A stretch of DNA of 64,000 nucleotides from Tubiluchus corallicola (lineage: Eukaryota > Animalia > Priapulida). The stretch lies in contig JAQGDQ010000304.1 in assembly GCA_030141605.1 (NCBI GenBank), forward strand, positions 186,001-250,000, given 5' to 3'. The position numbers were made by a program, and so were the translations under genes. Shown in pieces: positions 63,101 through 64,000 of the stretch. Within the stretch, counting starts at the first letter, position 1, and each line of letters starts with the position of its first letter. Below the pieces are notes generated by a model. That model saw only the letters and a program-made list of their open reading frames with translations, ran no database searches and was not told where the DNA came from.

Positions 63101-64000
63101 AACCGGGAAACTATGCTGGCCAGTTTTTCACGGAATAGATCGAACTTCGCTCATTTGTAGTAGTACAGTACTTCCCGTTTCTCTGAGAATACCCATCTCA
63201 AAAAAATGGAAAAATCAGATCTCAGATGACAGGAAACTACAAACAAGAATTTGGCGTAAAGAACATTATGTAACAAAAATGATTTAAAAGATGGCAGTAC
63301 ACATATTGCAATAAATGGTAACTTTCGCTTGTCTGACGCTGAGTAAAGAAAAAAGAATGTTTTTGTAAAATACGAACACATTATATGGAGTATGGTGTCA
63401 GTTTTTGCAAAGTAAGGCTTTAGGCTTCAACAAAAAATGCTTTTACTGCTTATCATAATTATGAAAGATGATGAAAGTGGCATGTTTAGAACTAAGTGAA
63501 AATAAAACAATAGGTAATACTTGAAAGTAAAATAAAATATTCGCACATCTAATACCATAAATAAATGCAAAGTCCAACTCAGCAACTAGGGTCCTTACCT
63601 TAATTTGTTCACTTGGAAAAAATTAAAATAATCCTGCTTTCTAACGCACAAACCATAAATTTCTATTAAATGTATTGGTGTAGTAATTATCAGCAGTAGT
63701 TAAACATTAGGCAGGAACTAAATTTAGTAATATTCTGCAGTTGTTATGCTGGTGACTCACAACTTGCTACAGACCCTCACTTCCTGAATACTAGTTTACA
63801 CAGTAAACACGCACTTACAATACCTGCTATAATTAGGCTCATCAGAGTTCCATCAGAGTCAAGTAAACATTAATTTTCTTTAAAACAAGGCTGCACATTT
63901 TATATATGTGCTGATATATATCAAACAAAGATGCTAAGTCCAGATAATATGAAACATATTATGCAACAGTTGCTATCAAAAACAACAAATTGGCCCTATG

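Noticed and set aside
57000-64000. Short ORFs and isolated donor-like sites upstream of RAR
   Set aside because: No recognisable protein or consistent exon chain; probably RAR 5' intron or intergenic DNA.

Overview
AT-rich, intron-containing animal DNA. The presence of both THR and RAR and the style of their ligand-binding domains suggest a lophotrochozoan-type invertebrate, but the taxon is inferred only. Five spliced genes were reconstructed by hand with consistent GT-AG phases: profilin (-), GTF2F2/TFIIF-beta (-), a secreted or membrane-anchored class C beta-lactamase-like serine hydrolase (+), a thyroid hormone receptor-like gene (THR/NR1A, +) and a retinoic acid receptor (RAR/NR1B, -). 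THR and RAR lie tail-to-tail about 1.57 kb apart, share intron positions and have converging poly(A) signals. The THR pocket lacks key T3-contact residues, and the RAR pocket differs from the vertebrate one. The rest is decayed LINEs (RTE-like, CR1-like), several MITE-like elements, local duplications, microsatellites and scattered nuclear-receptor half-site repeats. Most ORFs in the supplied track are non-coding noise or exons with intron read-through. No CRISPR, rRNA or convincing tRNA was seen.
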